Origin: Sedimentisphaeraceae bacterium JB056
GTDB taxonomy: Bacteria; Planctomycetota; Phycisphaerae; Sedimentisphaerales; Sedimentisphaeraceae
DNA length: 64,000 bases
Direction of reading: 5' to 3'
Assembly (NCBI GenBank): GCA_044440125.1
Contig: JBITAJ010000022.1
Coordinates: forward strand, 32,001-96,000
The translations under genes and the position numbers were made by a program. Position 1 is the first letter of the stretch. Every line of letters starts with the position of its first letter. Shown piece by piece: positions 52,310 to 62,114 of the stretch. Below the pieces are notes generated by a model that did not search any database, had not been told where the DNA came from, and saw only the letters and a list, made by a program, of their open reading frames with translations.

Positions 52310-53767
52310 TTAAATAGACTTGTTCGGGTTTGCCTCTCGGAAAGCCGTCACCAGCTCTCTGGTAGGCTTTTCTGTTATTATTTTGTCATAAAGTTCTTTA
52401 GTACTCAATGTATCGCCCATCTCGACAAGAAGCTCGTCCAACCTTTTATCAAGCTGATCCCGAACATCCGCATATTCAGATCTTTCAGCAAGATTATTAA
52501 GCTGATAAGGGTCATAACAATTATCATAAAGAAGCCACGGTGTACCATCTTCGTAACGTGAATAAGTATACCTGTGGGTCTTCACTCCACGCCAGGTATC
52601 TGTTCCGTTAGCCAGCGATGTATTACACAAATGGGTCATATTCATCAGCGGCACAGCATCGCGATAGCCGCTGCCTTTACCGGTTAATGCTTTACTCATA
52701 TCTATCCCGTCAACTTCTGGGCAATCGACATCTGCCAGGCCCAGCAAAGTAGGCATTATATCTACGGGAGTAAACAGTTCATCAGTGATCTTGCCCGCCG
52801 GAACGTAATTTGGGAATCTTACTATGAACGGAATTGAAATCGCCTCCTCAAAAGGTGTACACTTGCCATAGAAGCCGTGTGAACCAAGAACGTCTCCATG
52901 GTCGGAAGTGAACACAAAAATCGTATTATCAAAAACGCCTTCTTTCTTAAGCGACTCAATCAAATCGCCAACATATTCATCCAAGGCCAAAATAGCCGCC
53001 AGATAACCTACTGTTGATTCATAAATTATTTTATCATCGCTAAGCCATTGCCGTATCTCATCACGAATATGACCGTATGAAGATGGAGCTGTTATTCGCC
53101 TGCTTTTTGAAAGCTCATCAGCCGCTGTGCGATCAGCAACATTAGGCCGAAGCTTTATTTCTTTTGATTTCACCTGATCAACATACTTTTGGGGAGCTAT
53201 ATAAGGATCGTGCGGCGGCCCCCAGGATAAAAACAAAGCAAAAGGCTCTTCATCTTCTCTTTGGCTGATATAGTCACAGGCAGCTTTGGTCTGCGTTTGA
53301 GCATCATACCCTTCCCAGAAACGAGGCCGTTTGGAATCATCTGAATAATACTGAGAACTGAAATAGTCGTGAGTGCATTCTATTGCCTGCCAATGCTTAA
53401 AACCCAACCGTCTTTCTTGCGGTATGTGTTCCAGCCTTCCCCATCCATCTATATGCCACTTGCCGATATATCCGGTATGATATCCGGCTTCATTAAAAGC
53501 CTCCGCAAAAGACGGTACCGATGGCTTCAAATAATGATCATTACATACCATGCCGTTACGCATAGGATATAAGCCTGTCATCAGCATCGCCCTGAAAGGC
53601 GAACAGACAGGGTAAGTACTGACTGCATTACTAAAACGAACCCCATCACCGGCAAGCGAGTCAATATTGGGAGTTTGTATATTCTCACCGCCGTAACAGC
53701 TTAATTCAGAAGCTCTCAACTGATCGGCAAAAACAAAAACAAAATTCGGCTTTTGTGTACTTCTCAT
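52310..53767 (-). CDS. Formylglycine-dependent sulfatase (S1), no obvious signal peptide
   Basis: PNFVFVFADQ, CSPFRAMLMTG, GKWH, PPHDP, SDHGD. Confidence 0.92.
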   Translation of the reverse strand: MRSTQKPNFVFVFADQLRASELSCYGGENIQTPNIDSLAGDGVRFSNAVSTYPVCSPFRAMLMTGLYPMRNGMVCNDHYLKPSVPSFAEAFNEAGYHTGYIGKWHIDGWGRLEHIPQERRLGFKHWQAIECTHDYFSSQYYSDDSKRPRFWEGYDAQTQTKAACDYISQREDEEPFALFLSWGPPHDPYIAPQKYVDQVKSKEIKLRPNVADRTAADELSKSRRITAPSSYGHIRDEIRQWLSDDKIIYESTVGYLAAILALDEYVGDLIESLKKEGVFDNTIFVFTSDHGDVLGSHGFYGKCTPFEEAISIPFIVRFPNYVPAGKITDELFTPVDIMPTLLGLADVDCPEVDGIDMSKALTGKGSGYRDAVPLMNMTHLCNTSLANGTDTWRGVKTHRYTYSRYEDGTPWLLYDNCYDPYQLNNLAERSEYADVRDQLDKRLDELLVEMGDTLSTKELYDKIITEKPTRELVTAFREANPNKSI

Positions 53768-53809
53768 TTTACATTTAATCTCTAAGGCGATACTTCAACA
53801 ATATAAAAT

Positions 53810-53846
53810 GAATAAGCGGACGGCAATCAAAGCCGCCCGCTTATTC
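53810..53846 (-). terminator. Intra-cluster stem-loop or terminator
   Basis: 15-bp stem GAATAAGCGGGCGGC/GCCGTCCGCTTATTC on the minus strand (one G-U pair), right after the stop at 53854. Confidence 0.65.
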
Positions 53847-53853
53847 CAAATCA

Positions 53854-54699
53854 TTAAAGTGAACAATCCGGGTCAGCCGGATCCGTACAGCCAAGCCATT
53901 GAGAGGCTATAAGACTATAATCAATCAGATCTACATAACAGTCTGCATTTATATCGCCGGCATACCTTCCCTGTGATCCGCACCCATCTGCTCCAACAAG
54001 AGTCATGGTGTTCCACTGGTCTGGCTGGCTTATAAAATTGCTGCCGTTGCCGAAATCACATAGCAAGCTGTCAACAGAGCTGCCGTCAAAATCAAGCTGC
54101 ATAAGCCCTACACCATGTATATCTCCCGGCAAAGCGGTCATATCTGATTTAATATCACTCCATGCTATAACAGTTTCTATAACATAATTATCAGAAACAT
54201 CGTCAAGGACAGCCTTGACTATATTAGGATCAGAATTGAATGCCCCTGTATGCCTGTAGATATCAGGACCTGCCATATCTACTGTCTCGGCTGTAATGTC
54301 AAATATCCACGCATCAGTCTCAAAAACTGCCGCCGAATCATTGTAAGGATTAAAGCATAGTTGCACAGTATCCTGACCATTATAAGGACCCGGGTAAGTA
54401 TTACGCCACATTAATATATCATCAGTTACATCAAAAGCCATATACAGATTCTCAGTATCCCATTTGAAATAATAAACGCCACTCAAATCTCCTGCTGTGG
54501 GAGTAGTCCCTGTTATTGATGTACCGCTGCCATTTGTCACAAAATCCGCATAACTGACATTAACTGAAAGAGCATCATCCCATTCACCCACACCTATGAC
54601 TCCATCAATAGTAGGAATAGAACCCGCATAGGGTACATTATAATTAACAGCAAGTGCGCTCAGACTACACATCAATATAGTAAATATAATTTTATTCAT
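53854..54699 (-). CDS. Exported CBM9/DOMON-like sugar-binding protein with dockerin-like tail
   Basis: PTIDG...EWDDA, WDTENLYMAFDVTDD, QDTVQL, ETVIAW; tail GDINADCYVDLIDY..ASQWL. Confidence 0.75.
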   Translation of the reverse strand: MNKIIFTILMCSLSALAVNYNVPYAGSIPTIDGVIGVGEWDDALSVNVSYADFVTNGSGTSITGTTPTAGDLSGVYYFKWDTENLYMAFDVTDDILMWRNTYPGPYNGQDTVQLCFNPYNDSAAVFETDAWIFDITAETVDMAGPDIYRHTGAFNSDPNIVKAVLDDVSDNYVIETVIAWSDIKSDMTALPGDIHGVGLMQLDFDGSSVDSLLCDFGNGSNFISQPDQWNTMTLVGADGCGSQGRYAGDINADCYVDLIDYSLIASQWLGCTDPADPDCSL

Positions 54700-54725
54700 A
54701 ATAATTTCCTTTATGTTTGAGATTA

Positions 54726-56288
54726 TCAGTTGAGGCTGTCACAACCAGTTACACCTTCTTCTGTACACTTGAGCCATTGCTCAAGCATCATTTCCAGATC
54801 AGCTATACCTACATAGCAATCCTTATTGATATCAGAAGTAAGATAGCCAAAATCACCGCACTGTGCTTCTGTGTTGCCATATATTCTCATCTCATCAATC
54901 CAGCCCCAGAAATATCTCCTGGCACCGCCATCTGCACCTACAAAGTATTTAGCCGTTACATCCGGTAAAGAAGTTACCGCAGCGGTGATGGATGCCTTTG
55001 GTATGCCGTCTTCATGAATAGTCATCGCGCCATTATCAAACGTGAATTTGTAATGATGCCAGTTACCGTCAGTTGCGATGTATGTATATGCAAGATTATT
55101 AGTAGAATCGGCATAGAAACGCAATTGTATATTCGTATCCGAAATCTGCAAATACATCTTAACAGCATTGTTTGCGGCAAACAGCCACAGAGCACCAGTT
55201 AACACCTGATTTTCGCCGGGGATAATTCCCGGATTGGCCTTGAGCCAGAATTCCATATTGAATAAAGATGTGTCAATCATTGGAACCGTTTGCGATACGG
55301 CATAAGCACCCATTCCATCCAATTCAAGGCACTGTCCGAAATCAGCATTATCCGCTGGGTAATCAGCTGGAGTTACCAATGCTGCACCAGTCATAAGCGA
55401 CAAATCATAATCTCTTGCCATATTATCGGCAGAGTTATCATCAGGAGTGATTCCTCCAGACTCCTGATCAAAATGCCAGAGACCGTAAGTACCTACTACT
55501 GTATCAGAAGCAGGCATCTCAAAGTCAAGAACAATATCAGGCCTTGTGATATGAACACAATCCAGTGCACCATTGAAAGAGCGACGAGCCCCGTTCTCAG
55601 ATGCAAGAGTTATATAACCGTTTGTATTTTTAAGTACCTTACCGGAAAAATCAGCTGATGCAGAATTATCAAAAGTACCGTCAAGACTTTTAACCGTAAG
55701 AGACTGGTGACCATTCTCATCAAATTCAGCAGTAACATAAAGCCATTGCCCCATATAACCGGCAACATTAATATCACGATTGCCTGAGTTGCTCCCATCG
55801 CTGAAATAAGAGGTAAAACGTATCGTACTCCCCTGTGTCCATACGCGCCACGCATCTGTCATTGCGACAAACTGCAGGCCGTCAAGATCGTTGTACTTGA
55901 CCCACATTTCCAGCTTGAAGTAAGGCCAGTTGCCCCATGCGCTGCCAGTTCTCGTCTTTGCCCATATGTTTGGCTTATCAGCATCACCGCAAGTTGAGTT
56001 ATCTGCAAACGACATCGCCTGACCAAAATCAACGGTAGGCCCTGCGATGGTCGTACCCAGAGTAGGCGAAGCACTGTTTGTATTATCATACAGCATGAGC
56101 CATAGATTATTATCCCCGCTTTCACCTTGCAGTCTTGTAGAAGTAGCATTGGCAACAATAGTATCCATCTGCCATAAATCCACTGTTTTAGGAGTCAGCA
56201 CTCCAGGCCCATCAAAATCGGCAAACAGATTACCGCAGAAGGTAACCAACATTGTCAAAACAAGAGTTTTACACACTATTTTTTTCAT
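54726..56288 (-). CDS. Exported tandem LamG/ConA-like protein with dockerin-like tail
   Basis: GLWHFD, MEFWLK, WHHY, FVGA, GWIDEMRIY; tail SDINKDCYVGIADL..QWL. Confidence 0.75.
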   Translation of the reverse strand: MKKIVCKTLVLTMLVTFCGNLFADFDGPGVLTPKTVDLWQMDTIVANATSTRLQGESGDNNLWLMLYDNTNSASPTLGTTIAGPTVDFGQAMSFADNSTCGDADKPNIWAKTRTGSAWGNWPYFKLEMWVKYNDLDGLQFVAMTDAWRVWTQGSTIRFTSYFSDGSNSGNRDINVAGYMGQWLYVTAEFDENGHQSLTVKSLDGTFDNSASADFSGKVLKNTNGYITLASENGARRSFNGALDCVHITRPDIVLDFEMPASDTVVGTYGLWHFDQESGGITPDDNSADNMARDYDLSLMTGAALVTPADYPADNADFGQCLELDGMGAYAVSQTVPMIDTSLFNMEFWLKANPGIIPGENQVLTGALWLFAANNAVKMYLQISDTNIQLRFYADSTNNLAYTYIATDGNWHHYKFTFDNGAMTIHEDGIPKASITAAVTSLPDVTAKYFVGADGGARRYFWGWIDEMRIYGNTEAQCGDFGYLTSDINKDCYVGIADLEMMLEQWLKCTEEGVTGCDSLN

Positions 56289-56332
56289 AATTACTCCTTG
56301 AAAAAAGTTAAAACATTATTTTCAGTTTAAGT

Positions 56333-58912
56333 TTAATAATTGAAATCAAGTAACAATCCATTACCATCGGGATCTTCAATGTTTATTGAAACATCCCCGT
56401 TAGTATCGTTCCAGAGATAATTTCCGCTATATGTCCTTGATATATTCAGGCCATAGGTTGAATTATCAAGCTTAGGATCGGAACCATCACGGTACATTTT
56501 AAGATTTCTGCCGCCTAATGTAACAAACTCAACCTCATTGGCTCCGTTAGCCTGCAAGGTAAGATTCTTGACAGCAGTCTGGAAATCAGCGAAACTGTTA
56601 TAGCTGCTTGCTTTTGCTGTCTGAAACGCACATATTGTTGTATTATCATCAAATTTAACCAGCATAGGATCGCCGTAACCCGGCACTGACTTGCTTACAT
56701 CTATATCATAAAAAGTACTCGAAGTAGCATCCACTGCTTTTAAGGCAACATAAACACTGCTGTCAGAATTCTTACTGAACAGCCAGTAATTTGTACTCGA
56801 ATCAGGCTCAACCCTGTTAGCCCTGAAATCATGCGACATAAAGCAGTACAAATCATAGTTAGCCGCTGTCACCTGCCTCTTTATAAGCATCGCCGCACCA
56901 TACTGCATTGCATTGAGATCTCTGTGGTCTGATGTTGTAGTATCATCAGGATACCTCGTTTGGAAATATACACGGCTGTAAGTAGGGTTCGCCCTGCACA
57001 CCATTCCCATCCATTGATTCTGAGTATTCAAAAGCACATACTTACTATTACCACCATCCTCATCGATTAAGAAGGACCCGAAAACGTATTTATCCGTACC
57101 ATAAGTATGCCTGCGTATATCCTGTGGAAAATCGAAATAATAAACCGGCACATCATACTCCACATAATGGGAACCAGCGGCGAAACGCCTTGAAACATGC
57201 CAGAAAGATCTGTCATCATAATCAGTTGCCAAGTTTTTCACAACATCAGGCATTATATAATTTGACATACATGTGCCGACAACCGTTCGGCTCGGTGTTC
57301 CCATAGAAGTTGGTGTATTCGCAAGAATGTGTGTCCACCATCTCAAATAATCCTTTGTACCATCATAAGAATAAGCACTCTTGTATGATCTGGTCTTTCC
57401 GCCGCCGCGTACACCTTCAAAAGACTCACAACCGGCATCAGCAAGTACAAGGCTTATATAAGTATCAGCCAGATCTCTCAGCACAATATCTTCACACAAG
57501 TCACGTATATTAAATATAGATTCCAGTGTTATCGATATGTATCCGGGACTTCCAATTTCAGGATCAAGGCCATAACCGGCCATCCGCTGAATTTTCCTCT
57601 TCATGTGAGCATTCCAGCCGTCATAATGTTCCTGAGCAGTGTAATTATCATCATAAATATTCTGGCCGGTTGACTTGAAATACTGAGAAGCTGTCAGAAA
57701 AACCGTCTTCCTCAGCCAGTCATGATTCATGCTGTTGTGAATATCATAGATATAAATATCGTTAGTGCTCGTATCAGAATAGAAATCACGCTCTGTCACA
57801 AAATCTATCAGAACATTCTCGATTGAAGTTTTAGCTGCGGAAGTCAGCTGGCTTCTCATATAATTATTTGACAGTATCCTGCAAAGATTAGGCAAAGCCC
57901 AATAGAGAGTCGGCAGCTCACCCTCATCTACTGGTGTTTGAGGAATCTGATCAAACTTGCTCGAATTATCCATATCATCAAGACGCTGATTAACCAGATC
58001 AATATCCGCCTGACTGACATCTGCATGTTCGATGCCAAGCCAAAGCGTAGAAGCACACCACTTAGCAGTCTCTTGAGCGGCAACATTGTTGGGGTCAACA
58101 TTCATGTGAGCAAATCGTAAAAGTACATTTTGTCTTGCAAGCTGAGCAGCCGACTGCTGCTGTTGACAATCAGATATTCTCAAACAATCCATTGCACCAT
58201 TAAATGCACGCCTGACACCCTTTTCTGATGCAATGTATATATAGCCATCAGTTTCTTTAAGTAACTTAGAAGTATGTGTTGCCGAACTACTCTGATCAAA
58301 CAATCCATCAGCACTCACAACAGAAAGCGTTTGGTTTCCATCCTGATCAAAAACAGCAGTAACATAAAGCCACTCATTCAGATGTCCGTTAATACTAACA
58401 TCAAGATTGCCTGATGATGTTGTATCATCAAAATATAAAGTATATCGAAGCAGCGTACCTTGAGTCCATATCCTCCAGGAATCTGTCATGGCAACAAACT
58501 GCAAGCTGTCAAAATCTCCAAACTTCAGCCACATTTCTACTTTAACATAACGATTGTCAGACCATGCTGATGTTGTTCTCGTTTTTCCCCATATATTAGG
58601 TCTGTCATTGTCGCCGCAAGTAGCATTAGCGGCAAATGAGATTGCATCGTCAAAAGAACCTGCTGGCCCGGAAATAAGTGAACCAATACTAGGTGAATCA
58701 TTACCCTGATCGTCTTTCAGTATAAAGATCATATTGCTGTTGGTGCTCTCACTTTCCAGCTTAGACTGGCTTGCATCTCTCACTATACTGTCCATCTGCC
58801 ACATATCGAGTGTTCTGTAATCCATTATTCCTGGATCAGAATAATCAGCAAAAGATGCGCCGATAACTGAAAAGACAGTAACAATAACCAAGAAATAAAA
58901 TTTCTTTTCCAT
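56333..58912 (-). CDS. Exported fusion of a LamG-like domain and a toroid-lyase-like domain
   Basis: N-terminal ~250 aa matches the neighbouring 520-aa protein; C-terminal part has SMNH, EIGSPGY, GVRGGGKTRSYK, NTQNQWMG. Confidence 0.75.
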   Translation of the reverse strand: MEKKFYFLVIVTVFSVIGASFADYSDPGIMDYRTLDMWQMDSIVRDASQSKLESESTNSNMIFILKDDQGNDSPSIGSLISGPAGSFDDAISFAANATCGDNDRPNIWGKTRTTSAWSDNRYVKVEMWLKFGDFDSLQFVAMTDSWRIWTQGTLLRYTLYFDDTTSSGNLDVSINGHLNEWLYVTAVFDQDGNQTLSVVSADGLFDQSSSATHTSKLLKETDGYIYIASEKGVRRAFNGAMDCLRISDCQQQQSAAQLARQNVLLRFAHMNVDPNNVAAQETAKWCASTLWLGIEHADVSQADIDLVNQRLDDMDNSSKFDQIPQTPVDEGELPTLYWALPNLCRILSNNYMRSQLTSAAKTSIENVLIDFVTERDFYSDTSTNDIYIYDIHNSMNHDWLRKTVFLTASQYFKSTGQNIYDDNYTAQEHYDGWNAHMKRKIQRMAGYGLDPEIGSPGYISITLESIFNIRDLCEDIVLRDLADTYISLVLADAGCESFEGVRGGGKTRSYKSAYSYDGTKDYLRWWTHILANTPTSMGTPSRTVVGTCMSNYIMPDVVKNLATDYDDRSFWHVSRRFAAGSHYVEYDVPVYYFDFPQDIRRHTYGTDKYVFGSFLIDEDGGNSKYVLLNTQNQWMGMVCRANPTYSRVYFQTRYPDDTTTSDHRDLNAMQYGAAMLIKRQVTAANYDLYCFMSHDFRANRVEPDSSTNYWLFSKNSDSSVYVALKAVDATSSTFYDIDVSKSVPGYGDPMLVKFDDNTTICAFQTAKASSYNSFADFQTAVKNLTLQANGANEVEFVTLGGRNLKMYRDGSDPKLDNSTYGLNISRTYSGNYLWNDTNGDVSINIEDPDGNGLLLDFNY

Positions 58913-58945
58913 AAAAAGCTCCTTAAAAAACCAAACTTAACGTTA

Positions 58946-59770
58946 TTATTTCACATAAAAACCTCTCGTCGAAGCGCCGCTTGGGTGGAAAGAGGTACCA
59001 ACATGATCTTCCCACGGAAATTGTCCATCAACACACACGTTTACCGGCTCAACATGCATATCTCCCATAAGCATATTACAGTTTTTACCATGGTTTGGAG
59101 CCGGACCTGAATAACTGGTCTTTGAAATTGATGCCGGTGATTTTCCTCCGGCATATCCATACTTAAAAGCTTTTGGATGAGGCCCTTCAAACATCATAAC
59201 CTGTCCGCCGCCACCGCCAATACCTTCATATTTTTCACCGCTGATACAGCATAGAAGAGGTAAAGATGCGGCATTTTTCATATCATACGTTTTTCTTTCG
59301 ACATACTCTGAAATATTAGCATCTTTTGTCGGAGCCCAACCATAGAAGTAAAACTTGTTATAACCATAGCTGCCAACAGCGCCTTTGCCTCTTTCTGTTG
59401 TCTCACCGTCACTTGAATAAAGAACCTTAGGCTGAGATGGGCATGAAAACATTTCAAAATTCCATATATTAGCCTTATCATCACGATTCATATCATAATA
59501 TGGAGCAAGCTTGTAAGGCAGACGAGTATAAGGAGCATCAGAGCCATGAGTTTCGTCCCAATACGCTCTTGGAAGCTTGCCGTCCCAATCCTGTGAATAC
59601 AAATTAAGCGTCAACCCAATATCTTTCTGCTGGGTTGCACCTAAGAGAGCCTTGGCCTGTTCCTTCGCTTTACCTAAAGCAGGCACCATAATAGCCATAA
59701 GTACTGCTATTATCGATATAACAACTAAAAGCTCAATTAGAGTAAAACCGTTATTTTTTTTCTTATTCAT
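58946..59770 (-). CDS. Prepilin-type N-terminal cleavage protein with H-X9-DG-like motif
   Basis: AGGAG RBS; G|FTLIELLVVISII..L..P, CPS, SYGYN, HGKNCNMLMGDMH. Confidence 0.9.
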   Translation of the reverse strand: MNKKKNNGFTLIELLVVISIIAVLMAIMVPALGKAKEQAKALLGATQQKDIGLTLNLYSQDWDGKLPRAYWDETHGSDAPYTRLPYKLAPYYDMNRDDKANIWNFEMFSCPSQPKVLYSSDGETTERGKGAVGSYGYNKFYFYGWAPTKDANISEYVERKTYDMKNAASLPLLCCISGEKYEGIGGGGGQVMMFEGPHPKAFKYGYAGGKSPASISKTSYSGPAPNHGKNCNMLMGDMHVEPVNVCVDGQFPWEDHVGTSFHPSGASTRGFYVK

Positions 59771-59813
59771 AGCATCTCCTAAAAACATACTTATTAAATT
59801 CATATAGATTAAT

Positions 59814-60875
59814 TCAATCAACCATAGCACGAAGTGTCTCAACACAAGCAGTGTTATCAGGGTCGGTGCAGAGCTGCCATTGGGCTGCCATTACAACAAA
59901 ATCCTGTATATTAATCATGCAATCATTATTGAGATCAATGGGGTGTACCTTGCAAGTAGGAATCACATCATCAAAGGCAGTCCCGTATCTTACGTTGTCA
60001 AAAACTAAATTCAAACTCACATTCTGTTTCAACCTGTATACCCCGCAACGAACATCAAATCGATCCGTCATTCCCGTAAGAAGAGTTGATGGCGGCAAAT
60101 CAGTATCTGGCGTAGTACCCCATGGATAAGAACTATGAGCAGTAGGATATTCTTCACGAGTCTCATTGATCCAGACAGTAAAATTTGCTTGTTCACTGCT
60201 GTACCTGTGCTGAGGCTCAAGTCGCATTATAACCGTGTTCCAACCATAATTGAACGGGCCGGTTGCAACCAAGGTCGATTGCCCGGGATAAGTACCGTCA
60301 CCGAGAGGCACACCTTCATTTTTCAACTTGATCGTCCACCCGAAACCACCTTCATATTCAACAAGACTCATCCACATAGGCACAACACTTACATTCGAAG
60401 TCTCCAGATCGACAACAGGTCTCTGCCAGCATTGGGAAATATGAGTCCATTCAGTAGGAATAGGATTGGCAGGGTCAATATAAATTGCATACCCGAAATA
60501 TCTTATTTGTCCAAACTGCAAGGCAAGGTCGCCTTCGCCGTGTACAGGCCGCATCTCAAATCTGTCCCTGTCAGAGACCGGCAGTATTTCAGTAGGCTCA
60601 ATAAATATATCCAGGCCGTAACTGCTATTTAGACCGGCTCCTTCTTTAAGCTGCGGCACACCATTTGGATCGCTCTGAAGCGTATCAACAATGAAATCAA
60701 AAGTGTAATCGGGGTCAGCATCCCTCAAAAGCCAGTACATCCTGAAGTCCCCGCTTGCACTGTGAGGCTTGAGTGTAGAAGGCGGCTCGAAATCGAGATT
60801 CACCAATTGCTCGCCCATTGCAATGCAAATGGGCAGCAGGATTAAAAATAATATTGTGAAGTTTTTATATTTCAT
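59814..60875 (-). CDS. Exported jelly-roll polysaccharide lyase-like protein with dockerin-like tail
   Basis: RDRFEM, RYFGYAI, ISQCWQ, RCGVYR, FDNVRYG; tail IDLNNDCMINIQDF..AQW; signal peptide begins at MKYK (60875). Confidence 0.72.
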   Translation of the reverse strand: MKYKNFTILFLILLPICIAMGEQLVNLDFEPPSTLKPHSASGDFRMYWLLRDADPDYTFDFIVDTLQSDPNGVPQLKEGAGLNSSYGLDIFIEPTEILPVSDRDRFEMRPVHGEGDLALQFGQIRYFGYAIYIDPANPIPTEWTHISQCWQRPVVDLETSNVSVVPMWMSLVEYEGGFGWTIKLKNEGVPLGDGTYPGQSTLVATGPFNYGWNTVIMRLEPQHRYSSEQANFTVWINETREEYPTAHSSYPWGTTPDTDLPPSTLLTGMTDRFDVRCGVYRLKQNVSLNLVFDNVRYGTAFDDVIPTCKVHPIDLNNDCMINIQDFVVMAAQWQLCTDPDNTACVETLRAMVD

Positions 60876-60888
60876 TCTTTTAGCGCCA

Positions 60889-62022
60889 TTAAACTGCACA
60901 TGCGGCAGCGGATGTTGAAGCATCGACATGAATCTCTTCGAAATTGCCAAATTTTATCCTGACAATAGTCGAAGTATCTTCATTCATACCTGAAAGCAGA
61001 TTTGTTATTTTCTGCAAAGCAAGCTCCCCAATCTTTTTCAAAGGATTTACACATGTCAGAAAGTGAACCCGTTGAGCAAGAGGAGCAAGGAAATTATTAT
61101 CGGCCATTGTCGTAGCGATCACTACATTAAGCCTCGAAAAGTTTTTTACAACACGTTCAAAATCCGCTTCCATCATAGCCTGAAAACAAGTTGTATTAGC
61201 CAGAAATACGCCACTATGATCTTCCAGAGCTTCAATAGCCTCTATAAAGGTATCTCGATATTTAATCTCAGAATGCTCAACAGCCACTAAATTAAAATTA
61301 CTGTATCCGCCTTCTAATAATGTCATTTTTAGACTGTTAATACCGCCTCTATGTCCGCCACTATGGATTCCACCATCTCTTATCATCCAGGGCTCCACGA
61401 ACTGAACTACTTTAGGTGTCTTGCAGTCAAGAAAATGCCTACCAACCTTCACTGCATTCCAGGCCTCATCACTTTCCACTGTAGGCAGGTCTAAATCAAC
61501 TCGCGAGTGACTGGTTATAACTAAAGGAATTTCACGGCTTAATTTTTTCATACACTCTATCCTGTCATCTTCAGGATAAAGCCAGATTATTCCTTTGTAA
61601 TCATGAGAATACACCTGCTCAAGAATTTCTTCACTGGATGTAAAGTCGGTATCGGGCCTCAGAAGATCAACTACTGTTTTTTCATTAACTGATGAATAAA
61701 CACCGGAAATCGTCCTTGGATGCCGAAGCTCAGGGCATGATCCGCTGAATCTGAAAGCATCGGCAACTGCCACCCGGATTGATGTATTGTTTCCACTAAC
61801 GTAAATCCCGCCACCCTGTTCTGTTTCAAGCACGCCGCTGTCAACCAGAGTATTGATGGCTTTGCGAACCGAATAATTTGCAAGCCCGGTTTGCAAACAC
61901 ATTTCAGATAAGGTTGGAAGTTTGTTACCTTGAGCCAATCTCCCATCATTAACCATATTCATGATTTCGTTAGCAAAAACCTGATGATCAACTTTAGTTT
62001 GTGTTGTTAAATGCGAAAACAT
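60889..62022 (-). CDS. GntR-family regulator with C-terminal periplasmic-binding-like effector domain
   Basis: GNKLPT..EM....VRKAINTLV..G.L..EQGGGIYV HTH; LacI-like sensor (KGIIW, PTVESD, IGELA). Confidence 0.85.
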   Translation of the reverse strand: MFSHLTTQTKVDHQVFANEIMNMVNDGRLAQGNKLPTLSEMCLQTGLANYSVRKAINTLVDSGVLETEQGGGIYVSGNNTSIRVAVADAFRFSGSCPELRHPRTISGVYSSVNEKTVVDLLRPDTDFTSSEEILEQVYSHDYKGIIWLYPEDDRIECMKKLSREIPLVITSHSRVDLDLPTVESDEAWNAVKVGRHFLDCKTPKVVQFVEPWMIRDGGIHSGGHRGGINSLKMTLLEGGYSNFNLVAVEHSEIKYRDTFIEAIEALEDHSGVFLANTTCFQAMMEADFERVVKNFSRLNVVIATTMADNNFLAPLAQRVHFLTCVNPLKKIGELALQKITNLLSGMNEDTSTIVRIKFGNFEEIHVDASTSAAACAV

Positions 62023-62105
62023 AATTAAGCCTTCTTATTTCAAATCAATAATAAGTTAACGGTAATATAACACAATATAACCACTAAAACAATATTAATT
62101 TCGAA

Positions 62106-62114
62106 ATTATATCA
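62106..62114 (-). promoter_or_regulatory. Extended -10 promoter element for the GntR-led cluster
   Basis: Minus strand TGATATAAT (TGnTATAAT), about 85 bp upstream of the gntR start. Confidence 0.55.
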
